Source: Candidatus Latescibacterota bacterium (lineage in GTDB: Bacteria > Latescibacterota > UBA2968 > GCA-2709665). From it: a DNA stretch of 64,000 bases. The stretch covers positions 4,576,001-4,640,000 of the forward strand of contig OZ244744.1 in the NCBI GenBank assembly GCA_965219455.1, written 5' to 3'. Below the pieces are notes generated by a model. The model searched no databases, was not told where the DNA came from, and worked only from the letters and a program-made list of their open reading frames with translations. This document shows, one piece after another, positions 38,826-49,278 of this stretch; the first letter of the stretch is position 1; each line of letters opens with the position of its first letter. The position numbers and the translations under genes are program-made.

Positions 38826-39473
38826 ATGAGCCATCTCTTTCTGTTTGGCGTGCTCACGATTCTACTGGCAGCAACGCCTCGCCACGAAGCGGCCTCAGGT
38901 CCGGAGGACGACTATGGACGGAGCCACCCGGACGGCCTGATCATCCCGTGGCAGTCGCTTCTTCAGGGCAAGGGCCTCGAAGGCTGGCGGGCGACCACGT
39001 CATCCGGAGCGTGGTCGCGCGTCGGTGACACCGTTGTGGGGAAGCTGGATGGCAAACGCAAGTCCCATATGTTCCAGGGCGATTCCAACTGGAAGAACTA
39101 CGAATATTCGCTCTTTGTCACGCTGGAAAAGGGCTCGTGCATGCAGTTCCCTTTCCGCGTTACTGACGACAGAAAGGGTTTCTACTTCGTCGAATTCGAT
39201 TACGCCTGGCAGTCAATTAACGTAACGTTGCGTGAGCCGGACCGTCATGGCGTCACCAAGCTCAGCGTCGTCAACTATCCCCTGGAGAAAGGACGCGAGT
39301 ACCACCTCATCATCTCGGCCAGGCAGCGCTCGCTGACTACCTATATTGACGGGAAGCTCGTCAACCAAGTTACCGATGCCAGGTACGACGGAGGCGGCAT
39401 CGGAATCGCAATGTGGTGGGACACTCGAGCGAAGTACCGCGATCCGAAGATACGGCACTACAAGTGGCCTTAG
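38826..39473 (+). CDS. DUF1080/3-keto-disaccharide hydrolase-like exported protein
   Basis: Signal peptide; GKGLEGW, WKNYE, YIDGKLV, GGIGI. Confidence 0.75.
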   Translation: MSHLFLFGVLTILLAATPRHEAASGPEDDYGRSHPDGLIIPWQSLLQGKGLEGWRATTSSGAWSRVGDTVVGKLDGKRKSHMFQGDSNWKNYEYSLFVTLEKGSCMQFPFRVTDDRKGFYFVEFDYAWQSINVTLREPDRHGVTKLSVVNYPLEKGREYHLIISARQRSLTTYIDGKLVNQVTDARYDGGGIGIAMWWDTRAKYRDPKIRHYKWP

Positions 39474-39694
39474 TGCTCGATCCCGGAAAAAGATCGGCGA
39501 AATCCGGTCGACCGGAAGCAGTGAAGACAGCTATCAGCTCTCAGCCGTCAGCTTGAATCAGTAACCCGATCGGTTGATGTCACCGCCGTGAAGAGGCAGA
39601 TCGAGTACGGGCGCAGAGATTGCACTTCGAAAAGCTCAGCACAAGCAACGCAGCGAGACCGGATGCATGGATGCCCTCAAGTAGAGCACGCATC

Positions 39695-39747
39695 CTGTAA
39701 CTGCACGGACCGCGCTTCGCGGGTTCGCAAACCAGGGTTCGTTAATT
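39695..39747 (+). repeat. Internally deleted attC-like site
   Basis: CTGTAAC...cgcttcgcgggttcgcaaacc...GTTAATT. Confidence 0.6.
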
Positions 39748-40019
39748 GACAGGGCGGTTTGAAAGGCCTATTGGAAAAACTCTGAGGAGTAGAATTGGTA
39801 TCCCACGAGTCCTTATTCGGATTTTGCTTACCGATGCAGATTTCGTTACATTTCCGGAAGGATTTCATCGATAATATCCGCATCGCAAGGAGAACAAAGG
39901 CCTAAAATCTTTCGGTTCTTCGGTAACATCATTCGCATGTTTTTCGAACCGAGAACACAGTGCTATCAGCCAAATTTTCATGCCTATTGTCACGATAACC
40001 TTGCCGTTTACGCTGTGGA

Positions 40020-40303
40020 TCACCGCTGTCCAGGAACGAAGCCGATTTTGGACAGGTGTGACCTTTTGTGTTTTTGTGCCTTTTGTGGCAAATGTTTTTT
40101 CGCGGCAAACTGGTAGAGCGGGACAATAGCCACAAAAAGCACAGAAGGCACAGAAGGACTACAAGCCAAAGGGTGGGTGAAAAAACGTCTGCAGTCCGTA
40201 CGAAATATTGGCGTTTTTCGCAGCTATTCAGTCGTTCACGAAATAAGCTTTTTTGCCTTATGTCACTGTTGTCCAAGAACGAAGCAGATTTTGGACAGGT
40301 GTG
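40020..40303. repeat. 41-bp direct repeats flanking a REP-like inverted repeat
   Basis: tcacYgYtgtccaRgaacgaagcMgattttggacaggtgtg at 40020 and 40263; ccttttgtgtttttgtgccttttgtggc / gccacaaaaagcacagaaggcacagaagg. Confidence 0.75.
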
Positions 40304-40459
40304 GCTGTGGATGACATAGAACTGATCGCAGGGACCTTGCCACGCCGTCAACAACGATTCGTCGAAGCCTGGGCGGAGTTGCATCAGGAGGAGCTACTTG
40401 AAGATTGGGGTCGGCTCCAATCCGGGTATCTTCCCTTGCCGATCGATCCGCTCCGTTGA
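40304..40459 (+). pseudogene. DUF4160-like toxin, C-terminal remnant
   Basis: LIAGTLPRRQQRFVEAWAELHQEELLEDW...IDPLR; N-terminus replaced by the repeat element. Confidence 0.75.
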
Positions 40460-40470
40460 GGGGGTTTAGA

Positions 40471-40776
40471 ATGAGTCATCCAATTTATCGAGTCGTTTCG
40501 TTCGAGATTGTCCAGCCACATCGGATTAAAGTCAGATTCAACGATGAGACGACTCAGGTCATCGATTTTCGACCAGTTCTTGAAGGCGAGTTGTTCGGAC
40601 CTCTGATGGATGAAGTACTCTTCAATCAGGTGCGTATCGATACTGAGGTGCATACACTCGTCTGGCCGAATGGTGCTGACTTTGATCCAGCCACGCTTCA
40701 CGATTGGCCAGTTCATGAGAAAGAATTGAGGAAAATGGCCGGGCGTTGGTCAGAAGCACTGGCAGGAAATGAATGA
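40471..40776 (+). CDS. DUF2442-domain antitoxin
   Basis: VRFND, GELFGPL, FNQVRID, TLVWPNGADFDP. Confidence 0.85.
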   Translation: MSHPIYRVVSFEIVQPHRIKVRFNDETTQVIDFRPVLEGELFGPLMDEVLFNQVRIDTEVHTLVWPNGADFDPATLHDWPVHEKELRKMAGRWSEALAGNE

Positions 40777-40836
40777 AATCAGGGGGTGATCGTTGCCTGT
40801 CGAACTCTACTGTGATTTGACAGACCACCACATCGG

Positions 40837-40880
40837 TTGATACGGCACCTCCGGCAACGGGGGTGCCGAGAATGTTACAG
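40837..40880 (+). repeat. Short degenerate attC-like site
   Basis: cggcacc...ggtgccg-agaat-GTTACAG; GTTACAGGAC pairs with gtcctgtagc at 41365. Confidence 0.55.
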
Positions 40881-40917
40881 GACCTGTGAGACAAGGATCT
40901 CTCCAACCCCAACTCCG

Positions 40918-41358
40918 ATGAAAATCCGCCACAGAGCTTACGCCTATATAACGCAGGGGAGCCGGTTGCTCCTCTTCACTCAACCCGGGGCTCCGGAAGC
41001 CGGCATTCAGGTTCCCGCGGGGACGATCGAGCCGGGGGAGAATCCTCGGGATGCCGTAATGCGAGAAGCAAAAGAGGAGACGGGTTTAACCAAGCTCAAT
41101 TGTGAACGGTTCCTGGCCCGGGATACCCGAGACATGCGGGATTGCGGCAGCGATGAACTACAGTATCGCTGGTTCTTTCATTTGTCTGTGGAAGGACCAA
41201 CAGAAGAAACCTGGCGTTACGGCGAACATTCGGAGGACGGATCTCTCATTCATCCGTTCGATTTCTTCTGGGCGGATGTCAGAACGCTCCCCAGGCTCGT
41301 CGCCGGTTACGATGACAAGATTGACTTATTGATAGTGTCAATGGGCGCACACAAGTAG
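40918..41358 (+). CDS. NUDIX hydrolase, copy 2
   Basis: Diverged paralog of 38161-38601. Confidence 0.92.
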   Translation: MKIRHRAYAYITQGSRLLLFTQPGAPEAGIQVPAGTIEPGENPRDAVMREAKEETGLTKLNCERFLARDTRDMRDCGSDELQYRWFFHLSVEGPTEETWRYGEHSEDGSLIHPFDFFWADVRTLPRLVAGYDDKIDLLIVSMGAHK

Positions 41359-41367
41359 AATAACGTC

Positions 41368-41428
41368 CTGTAGCGGCTAGGCGCCGTAGGCAACCGTTTC
41401 GCGGTTCGCGCGCGGCGAGGACTTGCAC
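41368..41428 (+). repeat. Degenerate attC-like site
   Basis: caaccgtttcgcggttcgc hairpin; both cores mutated. Confidence 0.55.
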
Positions 41429-41470
41429 AGATGATGACCGGCCAGTCCGGTGTCGGAGTGGATAGAAGAA

Positions 41471-42319
41471 ATGACTGAACGAATCAACTGCGATGACTTC
41501 GCCGAGCAGTATTCAGCGATGGCGTCAGATATGGATGCTGGCGGAGATCTTGACCAACGCGATCAGGCAATTCGTACGGAAGCCGATGGACTGCTTGGGA
41601 CAAAAGGCTTGAGAGGTCTACTCAATGACTACGGTACTCCTCATGTCACGGGTAGTTACCCTTAATTCGACAAAAACAGCAACGCGGCGCCGCGACGAAA
41701 CCTTCCGAAACGGGCCGAAAAGGTCGTCCGGAAGGACATTTTTTCCGTTCACGTCCAGTGACCTGAAGTATCCTGGAAATCCGACGTCAAATCGCCTTTA
41801 TTCACTTGCGTATATTCGAATTAAAGTCCCCGAAAAATGTCGAATCAAGGTTACGCTCTGCACTTGATGACCTGGAGGGATCTCGATATCTATCTGGAAC
41901 AGCCAAATCTATCTGTCGAATCGTTCTTTCGTTTGGGAGGCAGGATCGCATCCTGCCTGGCTCCGGTAAGAATGAGTTTTCGCAATGAACGTATTAACCG
42001 GACACCAAACCTACCGTTGGGTCTTTATTGGGGTGTCTATCTCGGGGACGAAAGGAAAGGCGCCTGGAAGATTGATATCTGGGCCGTTGATTCTGAAGAA
42101 TGCGAGCGCCAGCTTCAGTTTAATCGACGACTTGCAGCGGCCCTGACACCTTCATTTCGTAGTAAGATTCTCAGCATCAAACAGGCCTGTTGGAAGGATC
42201 CTGGCTATCGGAAGACGTATACGAGTCAAGACATATACCGTGCGGTGATAGAACAAGGCATTGAGGATGTTGATGGCTTCAAAGACCTCATGGAGGGCAG
42301 GGGAGTGAGCGTCTGTTAA
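41471..42319 (+). pseudogene. Nucleotidyltransferase-like gene interrupted by a MITE
   Basis: PHVTGSY | ALHLMTWRDLDIY rejoins in frame when 41660-41854 is removed. Confidence 0.8.
41660..41850. mobile_element. MITE with IS1380-like ends and TTAC duplication
   Basis: ccttaattcgaca / tgtcgaatcaagg; TTAC on both sides. Confidence 0.82.
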
Positions 42320-42400
42320 CACCATGGCGGCTGCGGGCTTTTCGGTTCTTCGCACAACCGATACGACGGCACATACTCATAGGTTCCGAGAAAGTCACGC
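42314..42400 (+). repeat. Degenerate attC-like site
   Basis: TGTTAAC overlapping the stop; ggctgcgggc...cgcacaaccg; GTCACGC. Confidence 0.55.
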
Positions 42401-42439
42401 GTCACTTGCATTCCGATAATTCATCGCCTCAGGTTTTGC

Positions 42440-43399
42440 ATGACCGCGCCAAAACCTCTGCTTCCATACCAGGAATTCATCGAATATGAAATCTCGTTTT
42501 CGGTGGCGCAGGCTATTTGCTTAAAAGCCGGTATTCCAGAACCGAGGTCGATCCGTCGACTGAGGCGTGGTGAAGTGAATGCGATCTTTTTGCTGGAGTT
42601 GCCCGGTGTTGACTTGCTTGTTTTGAAGATTTGGGTCAGATGTTCAGACGATGAGGTGATGCGAAGCGAAGAAGGCGTTGTCAGAATTGTCCAGCGTGAA
42701 TCTTCGGTGCCTACGCCACCCTGGGTCTACGTCTCATCGGGTGACGCCCTTGTCCCTTATCCTCATGCGCTGATTGAGTACGTGGGCGGCGTCGATGTTG
42801 ACCAGATTTGGAGCGAGATAAACATCGAAGACAAAGAGAAGATTCTTGTTCAATGCGCGTGTCATTTACGGGCCCTCCACTCAATTCCTCTCGGGCCGCG
42901 TGCCGCCGCCATTCTCGGCGACCCAATAAGCGGATATGAGTGGCGGAAGTCTGAGGAGAACAGATTCCAACGGGCAATCGGGCGTCTCCGGAAGCAAGGC
43001 TGGCTTGGGAAAGGCACCCTTGATCGTTGCACCGTTCTATGGGCGGACCATGTCGATTCTCTGGGAGAAACGGAAGTTGACGCCATCGTGCACCATGACT
43101 TTCAGCTGCAGAATCTTCGTTTAGATCCGGGGACCCGGAATCTAATGGCGGTTTTGGATTTTGGAAATGCCGGGTGTGCACCGGCATTCACCGACTCGCG
43201 GGATCTTTATCTCAGCGTCTTCCTCAAAACACCAGAACTATCTGATTGCTTCTGGCGAACCTATGGAATGCTGGGTGCTGATCAAGAACTCGTCCTGAAA
43301 CTCCACTCCCTTGCAAGGGTGTTGGACATCCTCGCCGCATACCAGGGTCCGGCGCCGGCAGGCTGGGACCGAACAACCGTGCTGAAGCTCCTCGAATAG
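42440..43399 (+). CDS. APH-family phosphotransferase
   Basis: VLKI, VHHDFQLQN, VLDFG. Confidence 0.85.
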   Translation: MTAPKPLLPYQEFIEYEISFSVAQAICLKAGIPEPRSIRRLRRGEVNAIFLLELPGVDLLVLKIWVRCSDDEVMRSEEGVVRIVQRESSVPTPPWVYVSSGDALVPYPHALIEYVGGVDVDQIWSEINIEDKEKILVQCACHLRALHSIPLGPRAAAILGDPISGYEWRKSEENRFQRAIGRLRKQGWLGKGTLDRCTVLWADHVDSLGETEVDAIVHHDFQLQNLRLDPGTRNLMAVLDFGNAGCAPAFTDSRDLYLSVFLKTPELSDCFWRTYGMLGADQELVLKLHSLARVLDILAAYQGPAPAGWDRTTVLKLLE

Positions 43400-43408
43400 A
43401 CGGCGGCC

Positions 43409-43481
43409 TGCAAACCACCGCCTTACACGACGGGCCGCGAAATTGGGTGCCGCAATTTCGCACACCGGCAAAACGTCACGC
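43409..43481 (+). repeat. Degenerate attC-like site
   Basis: cgaaattg...caatttcg hairpin; aaaacGTCACGCgacAT. Confidence 0.55.
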
Positions 43482-43484
43482 GAC

Positions 43485-44096
43485 ATGGTAATGGGACATC
43501 GACGAGTAAAACTCGCTTCTCCGAAGCACCGGATCGGTCGGCGGATCCATGTGGTTGGTAATAGTTGCTCTGGAAAGAGCACGCTGGGCAAACAGTTGGC
43601 GACTGCGCTTCAGGTCCCGCTTGTGGAGTTGGATGCACTCAATTGGCGACCCGGCTGGGTGGGGTTGAACGAAACAAACCCGAAGGAACTTGAGAGTCTC
43701 ATAGCGAAGGCGACTGATGGAGATGGATGGGTTGTCGCTGGTTCATATATGAGTTTTTCGCAACGTGTTTTTTGGCCGCGATTGGAGACGGTGGTTTGGC
43801 TGGATTTACCCATGTACCGGCTCGTCTGGCGCGTACTCTCGCGATCGTGGCGACGCTGGCGGTCAAAGGAACTGCTTTGGGGCACCAACTATGAGCGGTT
43901 TTGGCCCGCGCTGAAGATTTGGAACAAGGAAGACTCTCTCGTGTGGTGGATTGTTACGCAGCATGCGCGCAAACGTCGGAACATGCGAGCCTACATTTCA
44001 GAGCCCCGCTGGCAGCACATACAGTTCATGCGTCTTGGATCATCGGCCGAAGTTGCTGCATTTTCTCATGTAAATGGACTTAAGCCTTATACCTGA
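43485..44096 (+). CDS. Adenylate kinase-like P-loop protein (FlaR/topology modulation family)
   Basis: GNSCSGKST, ELDALNW, WVVAGSY. Confidence 0.85.
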   Translation: MVMGHRRVKLASPKHRIGRRIHVVGNSCSGKSTLGKQLATALQVPLVELDALNWRPGWVGLNETNPKELESLIAKATDGDGWVVAGSYMSFSQRVFWPRLETVVWLDLPMYRLVWRVLSRSWRRWRSKELLWGTNYERFWPALKIWNKEDSLVWWIVTQHARKRRNMRAYISEPRWQHIQFMRLGSSAEVAAFSHVNGLKPYT

Positions 44097-44181
44097 TTCT
44101 CGTGTGCAGTGTCCCTCTGAGTGAGCAGAAGCGTCGAAGGGAAACCCCGGCAATGCCTGAGCGGAAGTCACATCCCACAGC

Positions 44182-44345
44182 CTATAACAGCACGGTCTAG
44201 GCTGCGGTCGCGGAGCCTGTCCTGAACTCGCCGAACGGCGTAATGGCCCTCGGCAACCCCTCGAAACGCTTCGACGCTCTTCTATAGGCTCAGAGTTAGG
44301 GCTCAGCGGCCGAGCTCGGCGTTCGCGAAACGGGTACAGTTTATG
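44182..44345 (+). repeat. Long attC-like site with REP-like inserts
   Basis: CTATAAC...gagcctgtcctgaactcgccgaacgg...gccgagctcggc...GTTTATG. Confidence 0.7.
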
Positions 44346-44437
44346 CAAAACTGGCGCACGGCCAAACCACTCCATCCTGGAATTTTCCAAAGTGAGTTGG
44401 CACACATCTTCGGTACAGGCGATATCTGGGCTTGACG

Positions 44438-45061
44438 ATGATCAATCCTTGGCTGAATGTTCCCGTCGCTGATTATAAGATGCACATGGATCATGAGTCG
44501 GTTCGCCAGGGCGAGATGATTCGGAAGCATCTTAATGATTGCCTGATACGGTTTGACCCGAAATCCCTCATGTATTTGGGTGCTGGTATAGGTAACGGTT
44601 TGGAGGGCGCTCAAGCTTCCGGGTTAAGCGATATTCTGGCCGTGGACGTTAATCCTGAGTATCTGGCAATCCTTCGCAAAAGCTATAAGATGCTTACAGC
44701 ATTGCGAACAGAACAATGCAGTTTTCCAGAAGGCTTCAGTGACCCAGGCTGTTTTAATCTGGCTTACGGCGCGTTGTTTTTTGAGTACGTGGATTTGGAG
44801 TCATCGCTGGCAGCTATTGCCGCGCATCTCACCCCAGAGGGTCACCTGGTAGCACTCCTACAGCAGCAATCGGAACAGGGACGAATGGCGAGGTCCGGGG
44901 TGGCTTCTCTTGAAGCGATCCTGCCAATCATGTCGCTTCACACTCCATCTACATTCACGGATATAGCAGACCAGGCTGGTGTGTTCAGGCACGTTTCAAC
45001 GATGCATATTGTGAGCCCCTGTGGAAAGCCGTTCTGTGAAATCACACTTCAAACGGCCTAG
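44438..45061 (+). CDS. Class I SAM methyltransferase-like protein
   Basis: NPWL, YLGAGIGNG, AVDVNPEY; stop is within the CTAG target. Confidence 0.8.
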   Translation: MINPWLNVPVADYKMHMDHESVRQGEMIRKHLNDCLIRFDPKSLMYLGAGIGNGLEGAQASGLSDILAVDVNPEYLAILRKSYKMLTALRTEQCSFPEGFSDPGCFNLAYGALFFEYVDLESSLAAIAAHLTPEGHLVALLQQQSEQGRMARSGVASLEAILPIMSLHTPSTFTDIADQAGVFRHVSTMHIVSPCGKPFCEITLQTA

Positions 45062-46603
45062 GAGCCTGTCGGAATACGTATGGATAAGGGTTTGAATACA
45101 GTGTCGACAGGAGGAATGAGAGGTGGATGGAGCGCGACGACGAGTTACGGCCTCGTCCTATGCGGGACTGGGAAGCCAGTCATGCCGATAGAGCTTCAGG
45201 AGGTTGTGGGTGATGCAGATGAGGGTCCATTCTGCGGTGACTTTTTTGATGCCTCTGAAGGTGAAGCGGTCGAAGCCTCGAAGTTGCTTGATCTGTCCAA
45301 ACACGGGTTCCACGATGTGCTTTCGTTTTGCGTAGGTGCATCGCCCTTTGATGGTGCGTAACTTTCTGGCCATTCTCTCTTTGGGCGTTGCGTTTTTGGG
45401 GATGCGGCCGCGTGGGGGCTTGGGATCCGGGTCTGTGTGTTTGTGTTTTTGGGTGGCAATGTAAGCATCGATGCCTTTGGGTAGCTTCTGTATCTCGTGT
45501 TGGTTGTAGTATCCTGAATCCGCGGTTAGGCGTTTTGGATTCTGGCCCGTATGGGTCTTGATCCGCTTGACCATGGATACCGTCTGATTTTTGTCGTTGG
45601 CGTCCTGGGTAACGTCGGCCGCCAGGATGATCTGCGCCTTCTCATCAACGGCAGCCTGACAGTTGTAGGCTTGCAGGAAGGTGCCGCCCGAAAGCATAAT
45701 CCGTGAGTCCGGGTCGGTGAAATTGCGCTGTTTTTTGGCATCCGGTTCTTTGGAAGGGGGTCTTGGCTTCCTCCCGGGGCGTTTGCGTTTCTCGCGCTTT
45801 TTCAATTTTTCTTCATAGGCCGCCTGTTTGGTGGCATACTCCGCTTGTGCGTCGGCTTCCAGTTCGGCCATCGCCTCGCGGATCTTTGCCAGACGCCCTT
45901 TCCCGAACGCCCAGCCTTCGGCGGGCTCGTCGCCGCGCTTGCCCTTGCCATAAAGCGCATCTTCGGCAGCGTCCGTCGCTTCGGCCTGCGCCAGAAGACG
46001 CTTGACCTCGACCTCGAGTTCTGACGCCTTCTTCTTCATGCGGCCATAGCTCATCGCTTTGTGCTTCGAGGCGTTCGCCTTGACTTTCGTGCCATCCAGC
46101 GCCACGTGTCCCAGTTTGACCAGACCGCCCTTCTGGCAAAGCCCGAGTACCTGAGTGAACATACCGGACAGCGCCTTGAGATGACGCTCTCGAAACGCCG
46201 CGATCGTATCGTGATCCGGATGCTGATCCAAACTCAACACGCGGAACGCCACAGAGTCATACGTGGCATGCTCGATCTTCCGCGAACTCGTGATGCCTTC
46301 ACAATAGGCATACAACAGTAGGCCTACCATCATTCTCGGATCGTACGGCGGTTGGCCACCCTTCGACCCATCATACGACCCATAGATCGACGACAAATCC
46401 AGTTGCCCGACGATGTCTAAAATGAAATACGCCTTGTGCTGGTTCGGAAGCCAGTCCCGTAGATCCGCAGGCAACAGCATCATTTGCTCTGGATGGTATT
46501 CGCGAAAACGCGTGGGAGTGTCCATCACAACCTCTAGTTTAGGGTCCTTGCCGACACTCCTATTATACGAAACTTTTACCCTGTTGGGTACTCCGACAGG
46601 CTC
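45062..46603 (-). mobile_element. IS1182-family element A
   Basis: IRs gagcctgtcggaatac / gtactccgacaggctc; CTAG duplication. Confidence 0.92.
45158..46528 (-). CDS. IS1182-family transposase
   Basis: LLPADLRDWLP, YDPRMM, ALDGTKVKANAS, ADSGY, VEPVFGQIK. Confidence 0.93.
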   Translation of the reverse strand: MMDTPTRFREYHPEQMMLLPADLRDWLPNQHKAYFILDIVGQLDLSSIYGSYDGSKGGQPPYDPRMMVGLLLYAYCEGITSSRKIEHATYDSVAFRVLSLDQHPDHDTIAAFRERHLKALSGMFTQVLGLCQKGGLVKLGHVALDGTKVKANASKHKAMSYGRMKKKASELEVEVKRLLAQAEATDAAEDALYGKGKRGDEPAEGWAFGKGRLAKIREAMAELEADAQAEYATKQAAYEEKLKKREKRKRPGRKPRPPSKEPDAKKQRNFTDPDSRIMLSGGTFLQAYNCQAAVDEKAQIILAADVTQDANDKNQTVSMVKRIKTHTGQNPKRLTADSGYYNQHEIQKLPKGIDAYIATQKHKHTDPDPKPPRGRIPKNATPKERMARKLRTIKGRCTYAKRKHIVEPVFGQIKQLRGFDRFTFRGIKKVTAEWTLICITHNLLKLYRHDWLPSPA

Positions 46604-46607
46604 CTAG

Positions 46608-48241
46608 GAGTCTGCGCCGCAGAAAAATTCATTTCAATGGACAGGTAATGGTAGGTATAATGGGTCGTGCAGTTGAGAAATGTCAAGCAGTAAAGAGGTT
46701 GTGAGTTGTGTCAACGGAGGAAGCTATCGATGCCGACGACCTTTCGTGCGTATCACCCGGACCAGATATTGCTGTTGGCGCCTGATCTTCGGGAGTGGGT
46801 GCCTGAAGGTCATCTGTCGCATCAGGTGAGCGATCTGGTGGATTCACTGGATCTGGGGTCGTTCTACGCGCCCTATGAAGGCGATGGGCGTCGCAACGCG
46901 CCTTATGAGCCATCGATGATGTTGAAGGTATTGATATATGGGTACGCGACGGGTGTGCATTCGTCTCGTGCGATCGCTCGGAAGCTGGAGGAGGACGTGG
47001 CGTTTCGTATGTTGGCGGCAGGCAATTTTCCACAACACCGGACGATCTGCGAGTTTCGCCGTCGTCACCTAAAAGATTTCGGGCGTTTGTTCGTGGAGGT
47101 GGTTGGTGTGGCGCGGGAGATGGGTCTGGTACGTTTCGGGACGCTCTCTTTAGACGGCACGAAGGTACGAGCGAAGGCGAGCAAGCGTAAGGCCATGAGT
47201 TACGAGCGGATGTTGAAGGAACAGGCTCGTCTGGAGAAAGAGATCGAGGCGTTGCTTTCGGGGGCTGTGTCGATTGATGCCGAGGAGGACGCGCGTTACG
47301 GCGCGGATGTTCGTGGCGACGAGTTGCCGGTCGAGTTGCAGCGCAGGCAGGTTCGTCTGGCGGCGATCAGGGCGGCTCGGGAGCGTCTAAAAGCATCGCA
47401 ACGAGCCGTCGACGATGCGCGCGGGCGCAAACCCGGACAGAAGCGCAACCCGAAGGGCGGGCGGCCGTACAAAAGAGCTTATGGCGAGCCCGACCCGAAG
47501 GCTCAGAGCAACTTCACGGACCCCGAGTCACGGATCATGAAGACGAGCGCGGAGGGTTTCCAGCAGTGCTACAACGCGCAGACGGTGGTGGACGCCGAGC
47601 GTCAGATCATCGTGGCTGCGCATCTGGGGTCAGCGGCCACCGATCAGGGCTTTATGCTCCCTTTGCTGGATGGGGTGCAAGAGACATTCGGGGTCAAGCC
47701 CGGTGCGGTTCTGGCGGACGCGGGCTACTGCAACGAGGAGGACTTGGCCACGCTTGAGGAACGTGGCATCGATGGTTACGTGGCGCTGGGGCGGGAGGCC
47801 AAGGAAAGGGTGGACGTCGATTCGGAGACGCTTCCGGCGACGCATCGCATGGGCGAAAAACTGGCCAGCCCGGAAGGTCGGGGCCTGTATGCGAAGCGCA
47901 AGTGGCTCTCGGAGGCGCCCAACGGATGGATCAAGGAGATATTGGGCTTCCGACGCTTCAGCTTCCGGGGTCTGGAAAAGGTGCGTGCCGAGTGGGACCT
48001 GGTCTGCCTGGCGTTGAACGCCAAGCGGATGGCAGCGTTGACGATGTGTTGAGGCATGAGTTAGGGCGTCCTGTGCTTGTGGACTCCACATACGGGAAGC
48101 CACGATCCCTAATACCTCGCCCTCAACACGACTGCCTGCCACGATGACCGCGCTCGAAACTCATCATACCATTCCCAACATAACGCCGAACCCGACACCG
48201 ACACCTATCGCCCTTTGTAAAAACTCCTGCGGCGCAGACTC
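46608..48241 (+). mobile_element. IS1182-family element B
   Basis: IRs gagtctgcgccgcag / ctgcggcgcagactc; CTAG duplication. Confidence 0.92.
46730..48052 (+). CDS. IS1182-family transposase
   Basis: GGAGG RBS; LDGTKVRAKAS, NFTDPESRIM, LADAGY. Confidence 0.93.
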   Translation: MPTTFRAYHPDQILLLAPDLREWVPEGHLSHQVSDLVDSLDLGSFYAPYEGDGRRNAPYEPSMMLKVLIYGYATGVHSSRAIARKLEEDVAFRMLAAGNFPQHRTICEFRRRHLKDFGRLFVEVVGVAREMGLVRFGTLSLDGTKVRAKASKRKAMSYERMLKEQARLEKEIEALLSGAVSIDAEEDARYGADVRGDELPVELQRRQVRLAAIRAARERLKASQRAVDDARGRKPGQKRNPKGGRPYKRAYGEPDPKAQSNFTDPESRIMKTSAEGFQQCYNAQTVVDAERQIIVAAHLGSAATDQGFMLPLLDGVQETFGVKPGAVLADAGYCNEEDLATLEERGIDGYVALGREAKERVDVDSETLPATHRMGEKLASPEGRGLYAKRKWLSEAPNGWIKEILGFRRFSFRGLEKVRAEWDLVCLALNAKRMAALTMC

Positions 48242-48444
48242 CTAGGATCCTGTTCGAATTCGCTTTATTTTCCTGTCCTATAAAGCAGCGAACGCGTCCA
48301 CGCGATCGATCACACAGACGGGTCCAGACGACGTGACGACAACGGATGTCGTTTCGATAAGAATATTCGAGAACTTCCGGCCTGCCTGCTTGCAATTCGT
48401 GAGGATGATGTGCGTCAGTGCAGTGCCTGGGTAGGGAAAACCAG

Positions 48445-49278
48445 ATGATGAAGACGTTGGCGAACAGAGTAGCCGTCGTGACTGGAGCTAGTCGAGGCGG
48501 GGGGAAGGGGATTGCCACTGCGCTCGGCGAGGCCGGCGCGACTGTTTACGTGACGGGACGCAGCATTCGCGGGAACCAGACCACAGACATCCCCAGCGAA
48601 ACCATAGAAGATACGGTCGAAACGGTGGGTGAACGAGGGGGTGTGGGGATTCCTGTCCAGGTAGATCACTCGCAGGATGAGCAAGTTGAAGAACTCTTCG
48701 GTCGAGTAAAGAGAGAACAAGGACGGCTGGATGTGCTTGTGAATAACGCCTGGGGCGGCTACGAGATGGACGACGGATTCTGGGGGCGAAAACGGTTCTG
48801 GGAACTCCCAATGCGACAGTGGGAACTCATGCACGGAGCCGGGTTGAGGTCCCATATGACCGGCGCACGGGGCGCTATTCCGATCATGCTGGAACAGGGG
48901 CACGGTCTGATCGTCAACACCACCTCTGGGCTCACTCCAGACAGCAAATTCCACCCTAATCTGTTCTATGACACCTTTAAGGCCGCGATATATCGAATGA
49001 CAAAAGGAATGGCACGGGAATGCCGGGAGAACGGTATAGCAGTCATCCTGCTGTCGCTTGGCGACGAGCACCTCTACATGCGAACGTGGGAACCGGACGC
49101 GAACACCAAACCTGAAGATCTGGAGAATACTTTTACACCAGTGTACTCGGGCCGGGCGATCGCAGCCTTGGCCGGTGATCCCGAGGTTATGTGCAAGGCC
49201 GAAACGAGACCATATCTTGAGATCCCCGATTTGGCACGAGAATACGGATTTAGAGACGTCGATGGACGACAGCCCTGA
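48445..49278 (+). CDS. Short-chain dehydrogenase/reductase
   Basis: TGASRGGG, LVNNA, YDTFK. Confidence 0.92.
   Translation: MMKTLANRVAVVTGASRGGGKGIATALGEAGATVYVTGRSIRGNQTTDIPSETIEDTVETVGERGGVGIPVQVDHSQDEQVEELFGRVKREQGRLDVLVNNAWGGYEMDDGFWGRKRFWELPMRQWELMHGAGLRSHMTGARGAIPIMLEQGHGLIVNTTSGLTPDSKFHPNLFYDTFKAAIYRMTKGMARECRENGIAVILLSLGDEHLYMRTWEPDANTKPEDLENTFTPVYSGRAIAALAGDPEVMCKAETRPYLEIPDLAREYGFRDVDGRQP

Noticed and set aside
39529-39553. Short tcagc tandem repeat
   Set aside because: Only three short units with no associated structure.
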